A stretch of 64,000 bases of DNA, from assembly GCA_964016885.1 (NCBI GenBank), contig OZ024740.1:62001-126000 (forward strand), in the 5' to 3' direction. Each line of letters begins with the position of its first letter. The stretch's first letter is position 1. Shown here piece after piece: positions 13,281 to 25,997 of this stretch. The stretch comes from Eledone cirrhosa (lineage: Eukaryota). The translations under genes and the position numbers were made by a program. The notes under the pieces were generated by a model. It did no database searches, was not told the origin of the DNA, and saw only the letters and a list, made by a program, of their open reading frames with translations.

Positions 13281-14192
13281 ATGGACTGCATGCAGGAAAA
13301 AGGTGAAATTAGGAGTCAACGAAACTAGTCAAAGATGGAACTAGCGGTTTTGATCAAGGGGTGGACCATGGCTGATGGGTCTCCACCAAGCAAATAGATG
13401 GCGGAGGACATGAAGAGCCATGGGTTTCTGAGGACTCTGGCACAGATAGAGAGAAAGAGAAAAGAAATTGAGAAGGCGTATGTCCTCATAGCGCCACATA
13501 TGGCGATGCTAAGCCGTGTCCTCAGGGAGGAGAAAACTGAAGAGAGGGAAAAGGAAAAGGAGGAGAGCACAAGCACGGACCTGAAAGAAAATGATATACC
13601 CTCCGCCACAGGCAGGGAGGGCAGGCCGGGCAACCAACAAGCAAAGGGCAAAGGTGAAAAGTGAAATCACTTTCCGAAGGAGAACCAAGCGCAGAGGGAC
13701 CAGTGGACAACTGTTCAAAGGAAGAACAGAAAGCATCGAGACACTGGGAGCAAAAATACCCAAGTAATGTGCAAGTTTTTCAAGAACGGGACATGCTGGC
13801 ATGAAGAGACAGGGATGGGATGCAGATTCGCTCACCCTAGGTCTCAAACGAACTATGCCCATCATACTCGCGCAACATGCCCCAGCCAAAGCCGAAATAA
13901 GCCGCTCCAGAAGTATGCTGATGTCGCACGTGCCGCACCAACAAGGAGAAGGCACACACATGCCGACGAGATACAGATGGCAGCAGCAGATCAGAAAAAT
14001 TTTTTAGTGATGGCAGAGAAGATTGTGGGACAGCTGACCTGGCTGCATCGTCTCCAGAGCCAGGGTCATCCACACCAGCACTCGAGACCACCGCAGTTAA
14101 GGGACCCAGAGTGGCCGCCGCTGACACCAGACCAGGTGTCATACCGACAGCCATTACTGGCACCCAAAAAGTCACACCAGTGCTGCTGCTGA
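13281..14192 (+). pseudogene. ORF1 of the CR1-group LINE with a CCCH zinc finger; three in-frame stops
   Basis: ORFs 13398..13664 and 13767..14192 and the ATG at 13281 share one frame; stops at 13326, 13395 and 13662; CKFFKNGTCWHEETGMGCRFAH (C-x7-C-x8-C-x3-H) at 13770-13835. Confidence 0.7.
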
Positions 14193-17146
14193 ATGTCAGG
14201 GGCCTGGTGAAACTCAGTAACATGAGTAAAATTTCCTACCTGGGAGACTTAGCCATAAGCAATCAAGCATTATGCATGGCACTAACCGAAACGCACCTGA
14301 CAAGCAGTATAGCAGATGCAGAAATACATATACCGAAATATACTGTATTTCGTTCGGACACGAAGGAGAGAACTCATGGTGGGGTTGCTCTGTATATCTG
14401 TGAAGATGTCACACCAATTGTACTGTTGACACATTCAAACTCAGTCTGTGACACACTGATAATACATATGAAGCAACTACAGACAGTAATATGTGTCACA
14501 TATCGGCCGCCCGATGCCCCCAGTCATGAGAGTAAATTTGAGGATAGCCTAAGTAGGATAGAAGAGGTCTTTGACAAACTGGACCAGGGTCTCAACATCC
14601 TACTGCTGGGAGACTTCAACCTACCAAAGGTCAAATGGCCTGAGGGCCACCTCCTCCCTGGAATGACGTCAATAGAACAGAGACAGACGGAATCCCTGCT
14701 GGCCCTCACACACAGGCTGTTCATGGAGCAAGCAATACTCCTCCCAACAAGAGGCGAAAATGTCCTGGACCTCTGTTTTACAAACAACGAAGTGCTCATC
14801 CACAATGTAAAGGTGACACCAACAATTCTCTCGGATCATAACTTAGTAGAGCTAATGATATGTGGTCCAAGAGAACCAACAGAGACAAAACCACCAAGAA
14901 GCTCCGGGACGCTATCCAGCCTTAACTTCTACAAGGCTAACTGGAAAAAGATTAAGAGTGAAATCCGGAAGCAAACATGGAGTGAAAACACCGCCACACA
15001 AGACACTAACACACAATTTCAACACTTCATGACAACGATACACACCATATGCAAAAAGTGTGTCCCGGAGAAAGAGGCAAACAGGCACAAAAATCTTATT
15101 CCCAGAGATAGGAAAATCCTTATGAGACGTAGAACTAAACTCTCAAACCAGTTGAATAGTCAACAAAACAAAAACAAGAAGGAATCCTATTTGAAACGTG
15201 CACTACTTGACACCGAGATTGCACTCAAACTTTCACATGAGAATGAGAGGGCAAAGAAAGAGAACAGGGCCATAGAAAACATTAAAACAAACCCTAAGGC
15301 CTTCTTTAAATTTGCAAAAGAAACTGCCTCAGTACACTGCAAGATTGGACCACTCTTCCACACGGACGGTTCATTAACCGAAAACACCCAAGAGATATGT
15401 GAAATACTGAACGAACAGTACAAAAGTGTCTTCACATGTCCACTGAGGCACATGCAAATAACGAAGCCAGGGGAGTTCTTTGATGCCACAACACTACATG
15501 AAGAAATGGCAACCATCAACCACATAGACATAACGGAGGAGGATGTGGTGTACGCCATTGATGAAATTAGAACAGACTCGGCTGCTGGACCTGATGGATT
15601 CCCAGCAGTTCTCTTAAAAATATGTAAGCGGGCCTTAGCAACTCCACTGAAGATGCTCTTCAGAAGCTCCTTGGGTAGCGGTGTACTACCCAGGTACCTG
15701 AAGGAAGGCACAATATGCCCTATCCATAAAGGAGGTAGTAGAGCGGAGGCCAAGAACTATAGGCCAGTCTCCCTGACGTCGCATATCAGTAAGGTCATGG
15801 AGCGAGTCGTCAGAAAGAAACTAATCACTTTCCTCGAGGAAAATGGCCGCTTGACTAGCACGCAACATGGCTTCCGCCCAGGAAGAAGCTGCCTTACACA
15901 GCTACTACATCACTACGACTGTGTACTGAGACAACTACTAGACAGCTTACATGTGGACGTGATATATCTTGACTTTGCGAAGGCCTTTGACAAGGTCGAC
16001 CACGGAATGATATGTCACAAACTACACAGACTCGGCATAACTGGAAAAGTAGGTGAGTGGCTGCATGGCTTCCTAAGGGACAGATGCCAGGCAGTCGCAG
16101 CAAATGGGGCCCTCTCGAGGGAAACACCGATAACAAGTGGGGTGCCCCAGGGAACAGTCCTGGGACCACTACTGTTTTTGGTGGCTCTCTCGGACATGCC
16201 CTCTGTGGTGCATGCAACAACATCCCTCACTAGCTATGCTGATGACACTAAGGTAGCACAGGTAATCAAAAACCCGGCTGACGCTGCCCTTTTACAGCAG
16301 GATCTGGATGCCATATACAGATGGGCGGAAGAAAACAACATGCAGTTTAATTCTGGCAAATTCCAAGCCCTACAATACAAACCTGCAAATACAAATATAG
16401 TGGAACACAGCTACACAGGACCAGGAGGGACCGATATCCCCGTGTCAAAATCGATACGAGACCTGGGCATAGACATGAGCGATGATGCATCTTTTTCTTC
16501 ACATATCATGAAAGTGGCGACAACGTGCAGACGACTCGCTGGCTGGATCTTGAGGACTTTCCGGACAAGAGATCGAGACACCATGTTGACACTGTGGAGG
16601 ACTTTTGTCCTAAGCTGCCTGGACTACTGCTCCCAGTTGTGGTCACCCCATAGTGTCAAACTAACCACGGAGCTTGAGGCAATCCAGCGAAGCTACACCA
16701 AGAGGATTGCCAAGATGAGGGAGACAAGCTACTGGGAGAGGCTAAAGGTACTGAACCTCTACTCCTTGGAGCGAAGACGGGAGAGATACGCAGTGATCTA
16801 CATGTGGAAAATCCTGGAGGGACTAGCACCAAACTTTGGCATTGGGAGCTGGACCAACCATCGAACGGGACGTCACTGTGTGGTGCCAAAGGTCCCGTCT
16901 TCCACATCTAGAATAAGGAGCAGGTATTGCAATAGCCTGGGATTCAAGGGCCCTCAACTCTTCAACAGGCTGCCGAGGCATCTGAGAGACTTGCATGACG
17001 TGGAGGTGGATGTCTTTAAGAAACATCTCGACACCTTGTTATCCAGGATCCCGGATGAGCCCACAGCAAGACACGAGGGAAACCTAAGGGCAGCAGCAAC
17101 AAACTCCCTCTTACACCAGTGGCCAACCTATACAGGCTGGAGATAA
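14111..17146 (+). CDS. ORF2 of the CR1-group LINE (APE endonuclease and reverse transcriptase), intact; frame open from 13922
   Basis: LLNVRGL, ALTETHL, YRPP, LLGDFN, SDH (APE); [40 protein letters not shown] (RT); LYSLERRR in the C-terminal region. Confidence 0.93.
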   Translation: MAAADTRPGVIPTAITGTQKVTPVLLLNVRGLVKLSNMSKISYLGDLAISNQALCMALTETHLTSSIADAEIHIPKYTVFRSDTKERTHGGVALYICEDVTPIVLLTHSNSVCDTLIIHMKQLQTVICVTYRPPDAPSHESKFEDSLSRIEEVFDKLDQGLNILLLGDFNLPKVKWPEGHLLPGMTSIEQRQTESLLALTHRLFMEQAILLPTRGENVLDLCFTNNEVLIHNVKVTPTILSDHNLVELMICGPREPTETKPPRSSGTLSSLNFYKANWKKIKSEIRKQTWSENTATQDTNTQFQHFMTTIHTICKKCVPEKEANRHKNLIPRDRKILMRRRTKLSNQLNSQQNKNKKESYLKRALLDTEIALKLSHENERAKKENRAIENIKTNPKAFFKFAKETASVHCKIGPLFHTDGSLTENTQEICEILNEQYKSVFTCPLRHMQITKPGEFFDATTLHEEMATINHIDITEEDVVYAIDEIRTDSAAGPDGFPAVLLKICKRALATPLKMLFRSSLGSGVLPRYLKEGTICPIHKGGSRAEAKNYRPVSLTSHISKVMERVVRKKLITFLEENGRLTSTQHGFRPGRSCLTQLLHHYDCVLRQLLDSLHVDVIYLDFAKAFDKVDHGMICHKLHRLGITGKVGEWLHGFLRDRCQAVAANGALSRETPITSGVPQGTVLGPLLFLVALSDMPSVVHATTSLTSYADDTKVAQVIKNPADAALLQQDLDAIYRWAEENNMQFNSGKFQALQYKPANTNIVEHSYTGPGGTDIPVSKSIRDLGIDMSDDASFSSHIMKVATTCRRLAGWILRTFRTRDRDTMLTLWRTFVLSCLDYCSQLWSPHSVKLTTELEAIQRSYTKRIAKMRETSYWERLKVLNLYSLERRRERYAVIYMWKILEGLAPNFGIGSWTNHRTGRHCVVPKVPSSTSRIRSRYCNSLGFKGPQLFNRLPRHLRDLHDVEVDVFKKHLDTLLSRIPDEPTARHEGNLRAAATNSLLHQWPTYTGWR

Positions 17147-17220
17147 AATGTGTAGCAACAAGGGCGGTGCCCCAGCATGGCCTCAGCCGGATGGCTGAAA
17201 CAGGTAAAAGAGTAAAAGAG

Positions 17221-17485
17221 ATATATATGTATATGTATATATATATATGTATATATATGTATATGTATATATATATATGTATATATATATGTATATATAT
17301 ATGTATATATATGTATATATATATATATATGTATATATATATGTATATATATATATGTATATATATATGTATATATATGTATATATATATATGTATATAT
17401 ATATATGTATATATATATGTATATATATATATGTATATATATATGTATATATATATGTATATATATATATATGTATATATATATG

Positions 17486-17516
<31 letters not shown>

Positions 17517-17763
17517 GTATATGTATATATGTATATATATATATATGTATATATATATATGTATATATGTATATATATATATGTATATATATATATATGT
17601 ATATATATATGTATATATATATATATGTATATATATATGTATATATGTATATATATATATATGTATATATATATGTATATATGTATATATATATATATGT
17701 ATATATATATGTATATATGTATATATGTATATATGTATATATATGTATATATGTATATATGTA
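17221..17763. repeat. (TA)n/(TATATG)n microsatellite
   Basis: Direct inspection. Confidence 0.98.
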
Positions 17764-20700
17764 TCATCATCATCATCATCATCACCGTTTTACGTCCGTT
17801 CTTCCACGCTAGCATGGGTTAGACGGGTTGTCCTGTTGTGGGCAGTGTCTGGTCGGCTGACCATGCCTTGCTCATACAGGAACTGATCTGGCTTGATTTC
17901 TACAGCTGGATGCCCTTCCTAACACCAACCTCATTTACAGTGAGTGCTGGGTGCTTTTTCGTGGCGCCTACACGTCCACTTTACAGTGTGGGCTGGGTGC
18001 TTTTTTGCCGTGGCACCTCCACGACCACCTTGCGGTGGGGGGGGGGGGGGGGCATATTGTTTATATGCTTCAGCATGTACCCATGGGAGGTCGGGTACCC
18101 TGTATTACTGCGCGACGCCAGAAGTCACGGTCGTGTGTCATTGACTTTGAGAGGTGTAGTTGGGTAAGGTCGGCTTTTATCACCTCATCCCAAGTCATCT
18201 TGGGTCTCCCCACTCCGCGGTTTCCATCAACTTCTAGTGCTCTGCACCTTTTTATGCAGCTGTCATCCTTCATACGCATCACATGTCCATACCAGCGTAA
18301 CCGCCTCTCCTGCACGCAGCATTTGATTCCTCTTATGCTCAGTCTCTCTCTCAATTCCTTTATGCTTTGTCGTTCACGTATATTACTGTTACACATCCAT
18401 CGGAGCATGCAGGCTTCGTTTCTCTCTAATCTACGTAAGTCTTCCACCTTCAGCGCCCAGGTCTCACTACCATGCAACATCGCTGTTCGGATACACGCAT
18501 CATACAGTCTGCCTTTCATTCTGAGGGAGAAGCCTTTTGCAGCTAGCAGTGGTAGTAGTTCCCTAAACTTCTTCCATCCCGTTCTTACCCTAGTTATTGT
18601 ACTTTCTGAGCACCCACCTCCGTTGCTAATTCGGTCACCTAGGTAGCAGAAGCTGTCTACTGTTTCTACAGGGCCCTCCCAGAGATTGGTGGTACTTGTT
18701 TCCTGTGGCTGTTTGCTTGCTGTTTCAGCACAGCTGCTGCATGTGAATCCTACATTCTTAATTAAGCTTCCTGAGATCCCGCTACATCTCTTGTGTACCC
18801 ATTGTTTGCATTTGGGGCAAAGAATGGAGTTCCTACCTACACCTTTCCTACATACTGAGCAAGGCCATTTCCCTGAGGGGATCTGGGTTCTGTTTTCTCG
18901 TCTACTTATAAGGACCTTAGTCTTTGTCATGTTGACTTTGAGGCCCTTTCTCTCTAGTCCCTGCTTCCAGGTTTGGAATTTATTCTCTAGTTCTACCATA
19001 GATTCAGCTATGAGTGCGAGGTCATCAGCATACAGGAGTTCCCATGGGCATCCGGTCTTAAACTCCTCCGTTATTGCCTGCAGGACTATGATGAACAGGA
19101 GAGGGCTAAGAACAGAGCCCTGGTGGACCCCAACCTGTACGCTAAATTCCTCGCTATACTCATTGCCAATCCTAACTTTGCTGACTGCTCCCCTATACAT
19201 GGCTTGTACCGCTTTCACAAGCCATTCATCTACTCCTAGTTTTCTAAGAGCCCACCAGATTACTGCACGTGGAACTCTGTCAAAGGCTTTCTCAAGGTCG
19301 ACAAATGCCAAGTAGAGTGGCTTACTTTTAGCTAGGTACTTTTCCTGTAATTGCCTCACAAGGAAGAGCGCATCAGTGGTGCCTTTCCCTGGAACAAACC
19401 CAAATTGCATCTCGTCTATATTCACCCGGTCCCTAATCAGCTGTGCTATAACTCTTTCTGTTACTTTCATGACCTGGTCCATCAACTTTATACTTCTATA
19501 GTTTCCTCTATCTAGTGCATCGCCTTTACCTTTGTAGCAGTTGACAATGATGCTACTGCACCAATCTTTTGGTATGGCCCCCTCTAGTATTACCTGGTTA
19601 ACGATACGTGTGGTTATAGTGTGACCTACAGACCCAGATGCCTTCAGCATCTCGGCAGCTATACCCGATGGACCGGTTGCCTTCCCTATCTTCATATCTC
19701 TGATTGCCTTACTTACTACGCTGCCGCTGACTTGTACTGCTGGTCCCTCTATAGGGTCTACGTGGGGTAGGGTCTCTTCTTCCCATGCATTCTCCTCATT
19801 TAGTAATCTATCATAATGACTCTTCCATGCATCTTTCTTCTCAGCACTTGTGAGGGCAAGCTCACCTTTATCATTCCGGATACACTTCTCTCCAATGACA
19901 TCACAACTATCTCTGACACACTGCCTCGCAATCTTGAATACCTCCTGTTTCTGGTCCTCACGTTGTAAAACATGCTTGAATTTTCTATCCTCTGCTTCCC
20001 TCCTAGCTAAGTATACTTGTCGCCTAGCTTCCCTCTTGGTCTCTATGTAATGTACCCTGCTCCCCCCGTTCTTCCATTCTTTCCATGCCTGTCTCTTGGC
20101 CTTGACTGCTTCATCTACCTTATTGTTCCACCACCAAGTCACTCTCCTCCTGCTTGAGGTCTTACTCCAGCCACAAACCTCATCCGTCGCCTCTAGTAAG
20201 TTATTTTTTAGGAACTCCCAGTTCTCTTCTACGTTAAATGTCTCTATCTGTTCTTCTTTACTGTCGTAGGCGTTGAGTAAAATATCTTTAAATCTGTTAC
20301 TGGTTGAGGGGACTTTCAGCTTCCAGATCTTTCTTCTCCAGGTTGGCCTCTGTTTCAGGGCTCGTCTAGTTCTGACCGTGAGGTCGCTGACAACTAAGCT
20401 ATGTTGGGATGTACATTCCTCACTAGGGAAGGCTTTTGTGTTTACGACCGTCCATCTGTCACGTCCTCTGATGAGGATAAAATCTAACTGACTAGAGTGC
20501 TCCCCTGATCTATAGGTGATCAGGTGGTTGTCGGGTTTTTTAAAGTTTGTGTTACATATCGACATGTCATTGGCGTCGCAGAATTCTAGAAGTCTGAATC
20601 CTTCCTCATTCCTTGTGCCAACTCCATGGCCTCCATGTACTCTATTGAAGCCGTCGCAGTGTTTACCTACGTGTCCGTTAAAATCTCCTGCAATGATTAG

Positions 20701-22047
20701 GAAGTCCTTGTCGTCTGTTAGAGCAGTAGTGTGTATTAGGGACTCGTAAAACCTATCCTTAAGTTCGTCTGGCAGCCCCGATTGGGGTGCGTAAGCTGAT
20801 ATTATTGTGGTAATTGTCTTATTCAGGACTAGTCTGAGTTTAATGATTCTTGCATTTACCCTGTACACTGAGATTACTTTATCTACCCACTTGTCAGCTA
20901 ATAGTATACCTACACCACCCATCCCATCGTCATTTCCCACCCAGAAAAATTTGTAGCACTGGCTTTTTCCTACAAGGACTCTAGCAGACCCTCCTCTCCA
21001 TCTAGTCTCTTGCACACAGCATACATCAACTTCCTTTCGCTCTAGCATTTCTACGATTTCTCCTGCTCTTCCTTTCATTGAGCCTACATTGATGGTACCA
21101 ACTCGGAGTTTTGGGCATTTGTCGACACTCGTAGGGGAGGGTCTCTGGGTTGGCGCTTCACGTGGGTGCTTGGTAGCTCGCAGATTCATATTTCATCTAT
21201 TGATTCAGAGTTGCTCGTGTATTCCCAGCTCATCCATCCCTAACGGTGGGAAAATTGAGGGCTAGAAGGACAGTGGTGGTGGGGTAATGGCAGGGTGTGT
21301 TGGGATGCGCCAGAGGAGGAGAGAGTTAGTTAGGCAGGTAGTAGCAGCAGCAGCAGTGGAAATGGCATGCTAGGTTTGATTGGTCGAATAGACTATGGTG
21401 GTGTGTGGGGGTGGGGGGGAGGGAAATTGTGAGGTAGGAACTGAGGGTCGCATGGTAAATATCCAAGTTAATACTACATCAGTAAAATTAACAATAATAA
21501 CGTCATGAAAAAAGCTACTAAGAGAAACCCTCGAAAATTTATCGCTAATACAGCAGGGAAAATTTAACGCTAATACAGCAGGGAACATCATAATATTAAC
21601 GACATGAAAAAGCTACTAAGAGAAACCCTCGAAAATTTATCGCTAATACAGCAGGGAAAATTTAACGCTAATACAGCAGGGAACATCATAATATTAACGA
21701 CAATATGTAGGCTAAAATACCTTCGTGGATGGCTGGCTGGGAAAATTTGAATCAGCTCTAGTGGTACATTTTAGCAGAGAAGAATGGCAAAGTGTCTTAT
21801 CTCTTCAATATTTTCAGATTGAATGAATTAGGTTAAAGACAGGGTAGTAAGCCTTAAAGAAGTGCATAGAGGGGGGGGGGGGTTAGGAACTGAGGGTCGC
21901 ATGGTAAATAACTGAGAGAGATACAATAGGATTAGAATACCGCATGGTAAATATCCAAGTTAATAAGTTAATACTACATCAGTAAAATTAACAATAATAA
22001 CGTCATGAAAAAAGCTACTAAGAGAAACCCTCGAAAATTTATCGCTA

Positions 22048-22049
<2 letters not shown>
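17764..22049 (-). mobile_element. RTE LINE family A, full length, potentially active
   Basis: Tandem-repeat 5' region (21430-22049), uninterrupted ORF, 3' UTR and (ATG)n tail; TA repeats on both flanks. Confidence 0.95.
18070..21189 (-). CDS. Intact RTE polyprotein, 1039 aa (APE, RT, PHD-like finger)
   Basis: ATG-to-stop ORF with the APE motifs and RT LLYADDL; nearly identical to 3051..6194. Confidence 0.95.
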   Translation of the reverse strand: MNLRATKHPREAPTQRPSPTSVDKCPKLRVGTINVGSMKGRAGEIVEMLERKEVDVCCVQETRWRGGSARVLVGKSQCYKFFWVGNDDGMGGVGILLADKWVDKVISVYRVNARIIKLRLVLNKTITTIISAYAPQSGLPDELKDRFYESLIHTTALTDDKDFLIIAGDFNGHVGKHCDGFNRVHGGHGVGTRNEEGFRLLEFCDANDMSICNTNFKKPDNHLITYRSGEHSSQLDFILIRGRDRWTVVNTKAFPSEECTSQHSLVVSDLTVRTRRALKQRPTWRRKIWKLKVPSTSNRFKDILLNAYDSKEEQIETFNVEENWEFLKNNLLEATDEVCGWSKTSSRRRVTWWWNNKVDEAVKAKRQAWKEWKNGGSRVHYIETKREARRQVYLARREAEDRKFKHVLQREDQKQEVFKIARQCVRDSCDVIGEKCIRNDKGELALTSAEKKDAWKSHYDRLLNEENAWEEETLPHVDPIEGPAVQVSGSVVSKAIRDMKIGKATGPSGIAAEMLKASGSVGHTITTRIVNQVILEGAIPKDWCSSIIVNCYKGKGDALDRGNYRSIKLMDQVMKVTERVIAQLIRDRVNIDEMQFGFVPGKGTTDALFLVRQLQEKYLAKSKPLYLAFVDLEKAFDRVPRAVIWWALRKLGVDEWLVKAVQAMYRGAVSKVRIGNEYSEEFSVQVGVHQGSVLSPLLFIIVLQAITEEFKTGCPWELLYADDLALIAESMVELENKFQTWKQGLERKGLKVNMTKTKVLISRRENRTQIPSGKWPCSVCRKGVGRNSILCPKCKQWVHKRCSGISGSLIKNVGFTCSSCAETASKQPQETSTTNLWEGPVETVDSFCYLGDRISNGGGCSESTITRVRTGWKKFRELLPLLAAKGFSLRMKGRLYDACIRTAMLHGSETWALKVEDLRRLERNEACMLRWMCNSNIRERQSIKELRERLSIRGIKCCVQERRLRWYGHVMRMKDDSCIKRCRALEVDGNRGVGRPKMTWDEVIKADLTQLHLSKSMTHDRDFWRRAVIQGTRPPMGTC

Positions 22050-22117
<68 letters not shown>

Positions 22118-22157
22118 ATATATATATGTATATATGTATATATGTATATATATATAT

Positions 22158-24681
22158 CTGCTGTTGGCGACAGACGAAGTCTGTGGCTGGAGCAGGCCTG
22201 TAGGCAGGAGGAGAGTAACATGGTGGTGGAACAGTAAGGTGGAGGGGTCAATTAAGGCCAAAAAGCAGGCTTGGAAAGTATGGCGGGATGGGGGAAGTAG
22301 AGAAGACTATCAAGTGGCCAGGAGGGAAGCTAGGAGACAAGTGTACTTAGCAAGAAGGGAAGCTGAGGAAAGAAAGTTCAAGCATGTTCTACAACGCGAT
22401 GACCAAAAACGTGAGGTGTTCAGGATTGCTAGGCAATGCGTCAAGGAAAACCGTGATATTGTCGGGGAGAAGTGTGTCCTTAATGATGATGGTGTACTTG
22501 CCATCACCGACGCTGATAAGAAGGTAGCTTGGAAGTGTCACTATGAAAGGCTACTAAATGAGGAGAATAAATGGGAGAAAGACAGTCTCCCCCATATCGA
22601 CCCAATAGAGGGACCAGCAGTGTTAGTCGAGGGGAGTATAATAAGTAAGGCAATCAAGGATATGAAGACGGGTAAGGCGGCTGGGCCTTCGGAAATAGTT
22701 GCTGAGATGCTGAAGGCATCTGGCACGGTGGGACACACCATGGTCACCCGCATAGTTAACCAAGTCGTACAGAATGGGGTTGTTCCGAAGGACTGGCATA
22801 GCAGCATCATCGTTAACTGTTATAAGGGTAAAGGAGACGCCCTAGATAGGAGTAACTATAGAGGCATTAAATTAATCGACCAGGTCATGAAGGTCACGGA
22901 AAAAGTAATAGCGCAGCTAATCAGAGAGAGAATTGACCTAGATGAAATGCAGTTCGGGTTTGTGTCAGGCAAAAGTACCACAGACGCTCTTTTCATAGTA
23001 CGACAACTACAGGAGAAGTACCTAGCTAAAGGTAAACCCCTCTACTTAGCTTTTGTCGACTTGGAGAAAGCCTTCGACAGAGTCCCCCGCTCCATTATCT
23101 GGTGGGCTCTTAGAAAACTAGGCGTTGACGAATGGCTTGTGAGGGCTATACAAGCCATGTATAAAGAAACAGTCAGCAAGGTTAGAATTAACAACGAATA
23201 TAGTGAAGAGTTTAGCGTAAAAGTTGGCGTCCATCAGGGCTCTGTTCTCAGTCCCCTACTATTTATTATTGCCCTTCAGGCTATAACAGAGGAGTTCAAG
23301 ACAGGCTGCCCATGGGAACTCCTATACGCAGACGACCTGACACTCATAGCGGAATCAATGGCCGAGCTAGAGAAGAAATTCCAAACATGGAAGCACGGCC
23401 TAGAGTCAAAAGGACTTAAAATTAACCTGGCTAAGACCAAAGTACTAGTTTGTAGGAAAGAAAACAAGGCGGCGGTCCCTTCTGGGAAATGGTCGTGCTC
23501 GGTGTGTAGGAAAGGCGTAGGTAGAAACTCCATTTTATGTCCTAAATGCAAAGTATGGGTGCATAAAAGATGTAGTGGGATCACAGGTAAGCTAACTAAG
23601 AACATAGATTTTACATGTGGCCGGTGTTCTGGTGCAATAAGTAGCAGCAAGTGCCCACAAAATACTAGCTCTTTCAATTGCGCAGAGGGTTCTATAGAAA
23701 TAGTGGACAGCTTCCGTTACCTGGGCGATAAAATCAGCAGTGGGGGAGGGTGCTCTGAAAGTACTGTAGCTAGAGTCAGAACTGGTTGGAAAAAGTTCAG
23801 AGAGCTTATACCACTATTAGCTGCTAAAGGGTTCTCCCTAAAAATGAAAGGCAGGTTGTACGATGCCTGCATACAAACAGCAATGCTGCATGGCAGTGAG
23901 ACCTGGGCATTGTGTGCAGAGGATATACGCAGACTAGAGAGGAACGAAGCTTGCATGCTCCGCTGGATGTGTAACAGTAATATACGTGAACGGCAAAGCA
24001 TAAACGAACTAAGGAAAAAATTAGAGATAAGAGGGATCAGATGTTGTTTACTCGAGAGAAGGCTACATTGGTATGGACACGTGATGCGCATGAAAGTCGA
24101 TAGCTGTATAACAAAGTGCAGGGCAATAAAGATAGACGGTAGTCACGGAATAGGCAGACCTAGAAAAACCTGGGACGAGCTGATAAACTCCGACATCACA
24201 CACTTACACCTCTCCAAGACAATGTCACTGGACCGAGACCTTTGGCGGTACTCAGTAACAGAGAAGACCCGCCTTACCTAAATATATAGTAAAACCTACT
24301 CCAGCCAGTAGGCATCTCTAACAAAATACACCCCGTCCCACCACCACCACCCCCACCCTATCCACACCACCCCGTTCTATGTAAAGTTATGTTGGTGCCG
24401 CGCCATCCAGGCCGAAACAAATGAGATCGTGTAGGTGTCACGACAAAAAAACACACAGTCCACGCTGTAATGTGGCCGTGTAGGCAACACGGTAAAAACC
24501 TCCCAGACCCACACTGTAAATGTGGTTGGTGTTAGTAAGGGCATCCAACTGTAGAAAACCTGCCAGACAGTCCTATGCGAGCAAGACAATCACTCTTGCC
24601 TCAAGTGGGACTACCTCCGTCCAAACCCATGCAAGCGTGGAACACGGACGTTAAACGTTGATGATGATGATGATGATGATG
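22158..24681 (+). mobile_element. RTE LINE family B, 5'-truncated; RT region open
   Basis: ORF 22005..24281 from [10 protein letters not shown] onward carries the RT motifs and YADD; the N-terminal part of that ORF is only read-through of the TA array. Ends in a (GAT)n tail. Confidence 0.93.
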
Positions 24682-24698
24682 ATATATGTATATATATA

Positions 24699-24731
<33 letters not shown>

Positions 24732-25452
24732 ATATATATATATGTATATATATGTATATGTATATATATGTATATGTATATATATGTATATATATATATA
24801 TGTATTTGTATATATATGTATATGTATATATATGTATATGTATATATATATGTATATATATCTATATGTATATATAGGTATATATATATGTATATATAGG
24901 TATATATATATGTATATATAGGTATATATATATGTATATATATGTATATGTATATATATATGTATATATATCTATATGTATATATAGGTATATATATATG
25001 TATATATAGGTATATATATATGTATATGTATATGTATATATATGTATATGTATATGTATATATATGTATATGTATATATATGTATATGTATATATATATA
25101 TATGTATATGTATATATATGTATATGTATATATATGTATATGTATATATATATGTATATATATGTATATGTATATATATATGTATATATATATATATGTA
25201 TATATAGGTATATATATATGTATATATATATATGTATATATAGGTATATATATATGTATATATAGGTATATATATATGTATATATATATATGTATATATA
25301 GGTATATATATATGTATATGTACATGTATATATATGTATATATATATATGTATATATATGTATATATATATATGTATATATAGGTATATATATATGTATA
25401 TGTATATGTATATATATGTATATGTATATGTATATATATATATATGTATATG

Positions 25453-25499
<47 letters not shown>

Positions 25500-25588
25500 G
25501 TATATGTATATGTGTATATATATATATATGTATATGTATATATGTATATGTATATATATATATATGTATATGTATATATATGTATATG

Positions 25589-25634
<46 letters not shown>

Positions 25635-25777
25635 GGTATATATATATATATGCATATATATATATGTATATATAGGTATATATATATGTATATATAGGTA
25701 TATATATATGTATATATATATATGTATATATATATGTATATATATGTATATATATATATATGTATGTATATATATAT
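24682..25777. repeat. (TA)n/(TATATG)n microsatellite with TATAGG variant units
   Basis: Direct inspection. Confidence 0.98.
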
Positions 25778-25997
25778 GCGGTGGGGGGTGTGGGGGCATA
25801 TTGTCTATATGCTTCAGCTTGTACCCATGGGAGGTCGAGTACTCTGTATTACTGCGTGACGCCAGAGGTCACGGTCGTGTGTCATCGCCTTTGAGAGGTG
25901 TAATTGGGTAAGGTCGGCTTTTATCACCTCATCCCAGGTCTTCTTTGGTCTCCCCACCCCGCGGTTTCCATGGACTTCTAGTGCTCTGCACCTTTTA
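25778..25997 (-). mobile_element. RTE family A fragment (ORF end), joined directly to the Penelope-like element
   Basis: Matches 18032-18252 and the reverse complement of 49672-49880. Confidence 0.85.

Larger units (their letters stand above)
12945..17220 (+). mobile_element. CR1-group non-LTR retrotransposon, near full length (5' boundary uncertain)
   Basis: CT-rich leader, ORF1 with a CCCH finger, intact APE-RT ORF2, short 3' UTR with hairpin TCAGCC-GGAT-GGCTGA and (GTAAAAGA)2 tail abutting TA repeats. Confidence 0.88.

Noticed and set aside
14163-14172. CCCAAAAAG as the frameshift site
   Set aside because: In ORF1 phase it reads C AAA AAG, not a canonical X XXY YYZ; the 13997-14006 site fits better.
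22005-24281. A 758-aa novel fusion protein (MKKATKR-YI repeat-RT)
   Set aside because: Chance in-frame read-through from the antisense RTE-A 5' region across a TA array into a truncated RTE-B; no sign of function.
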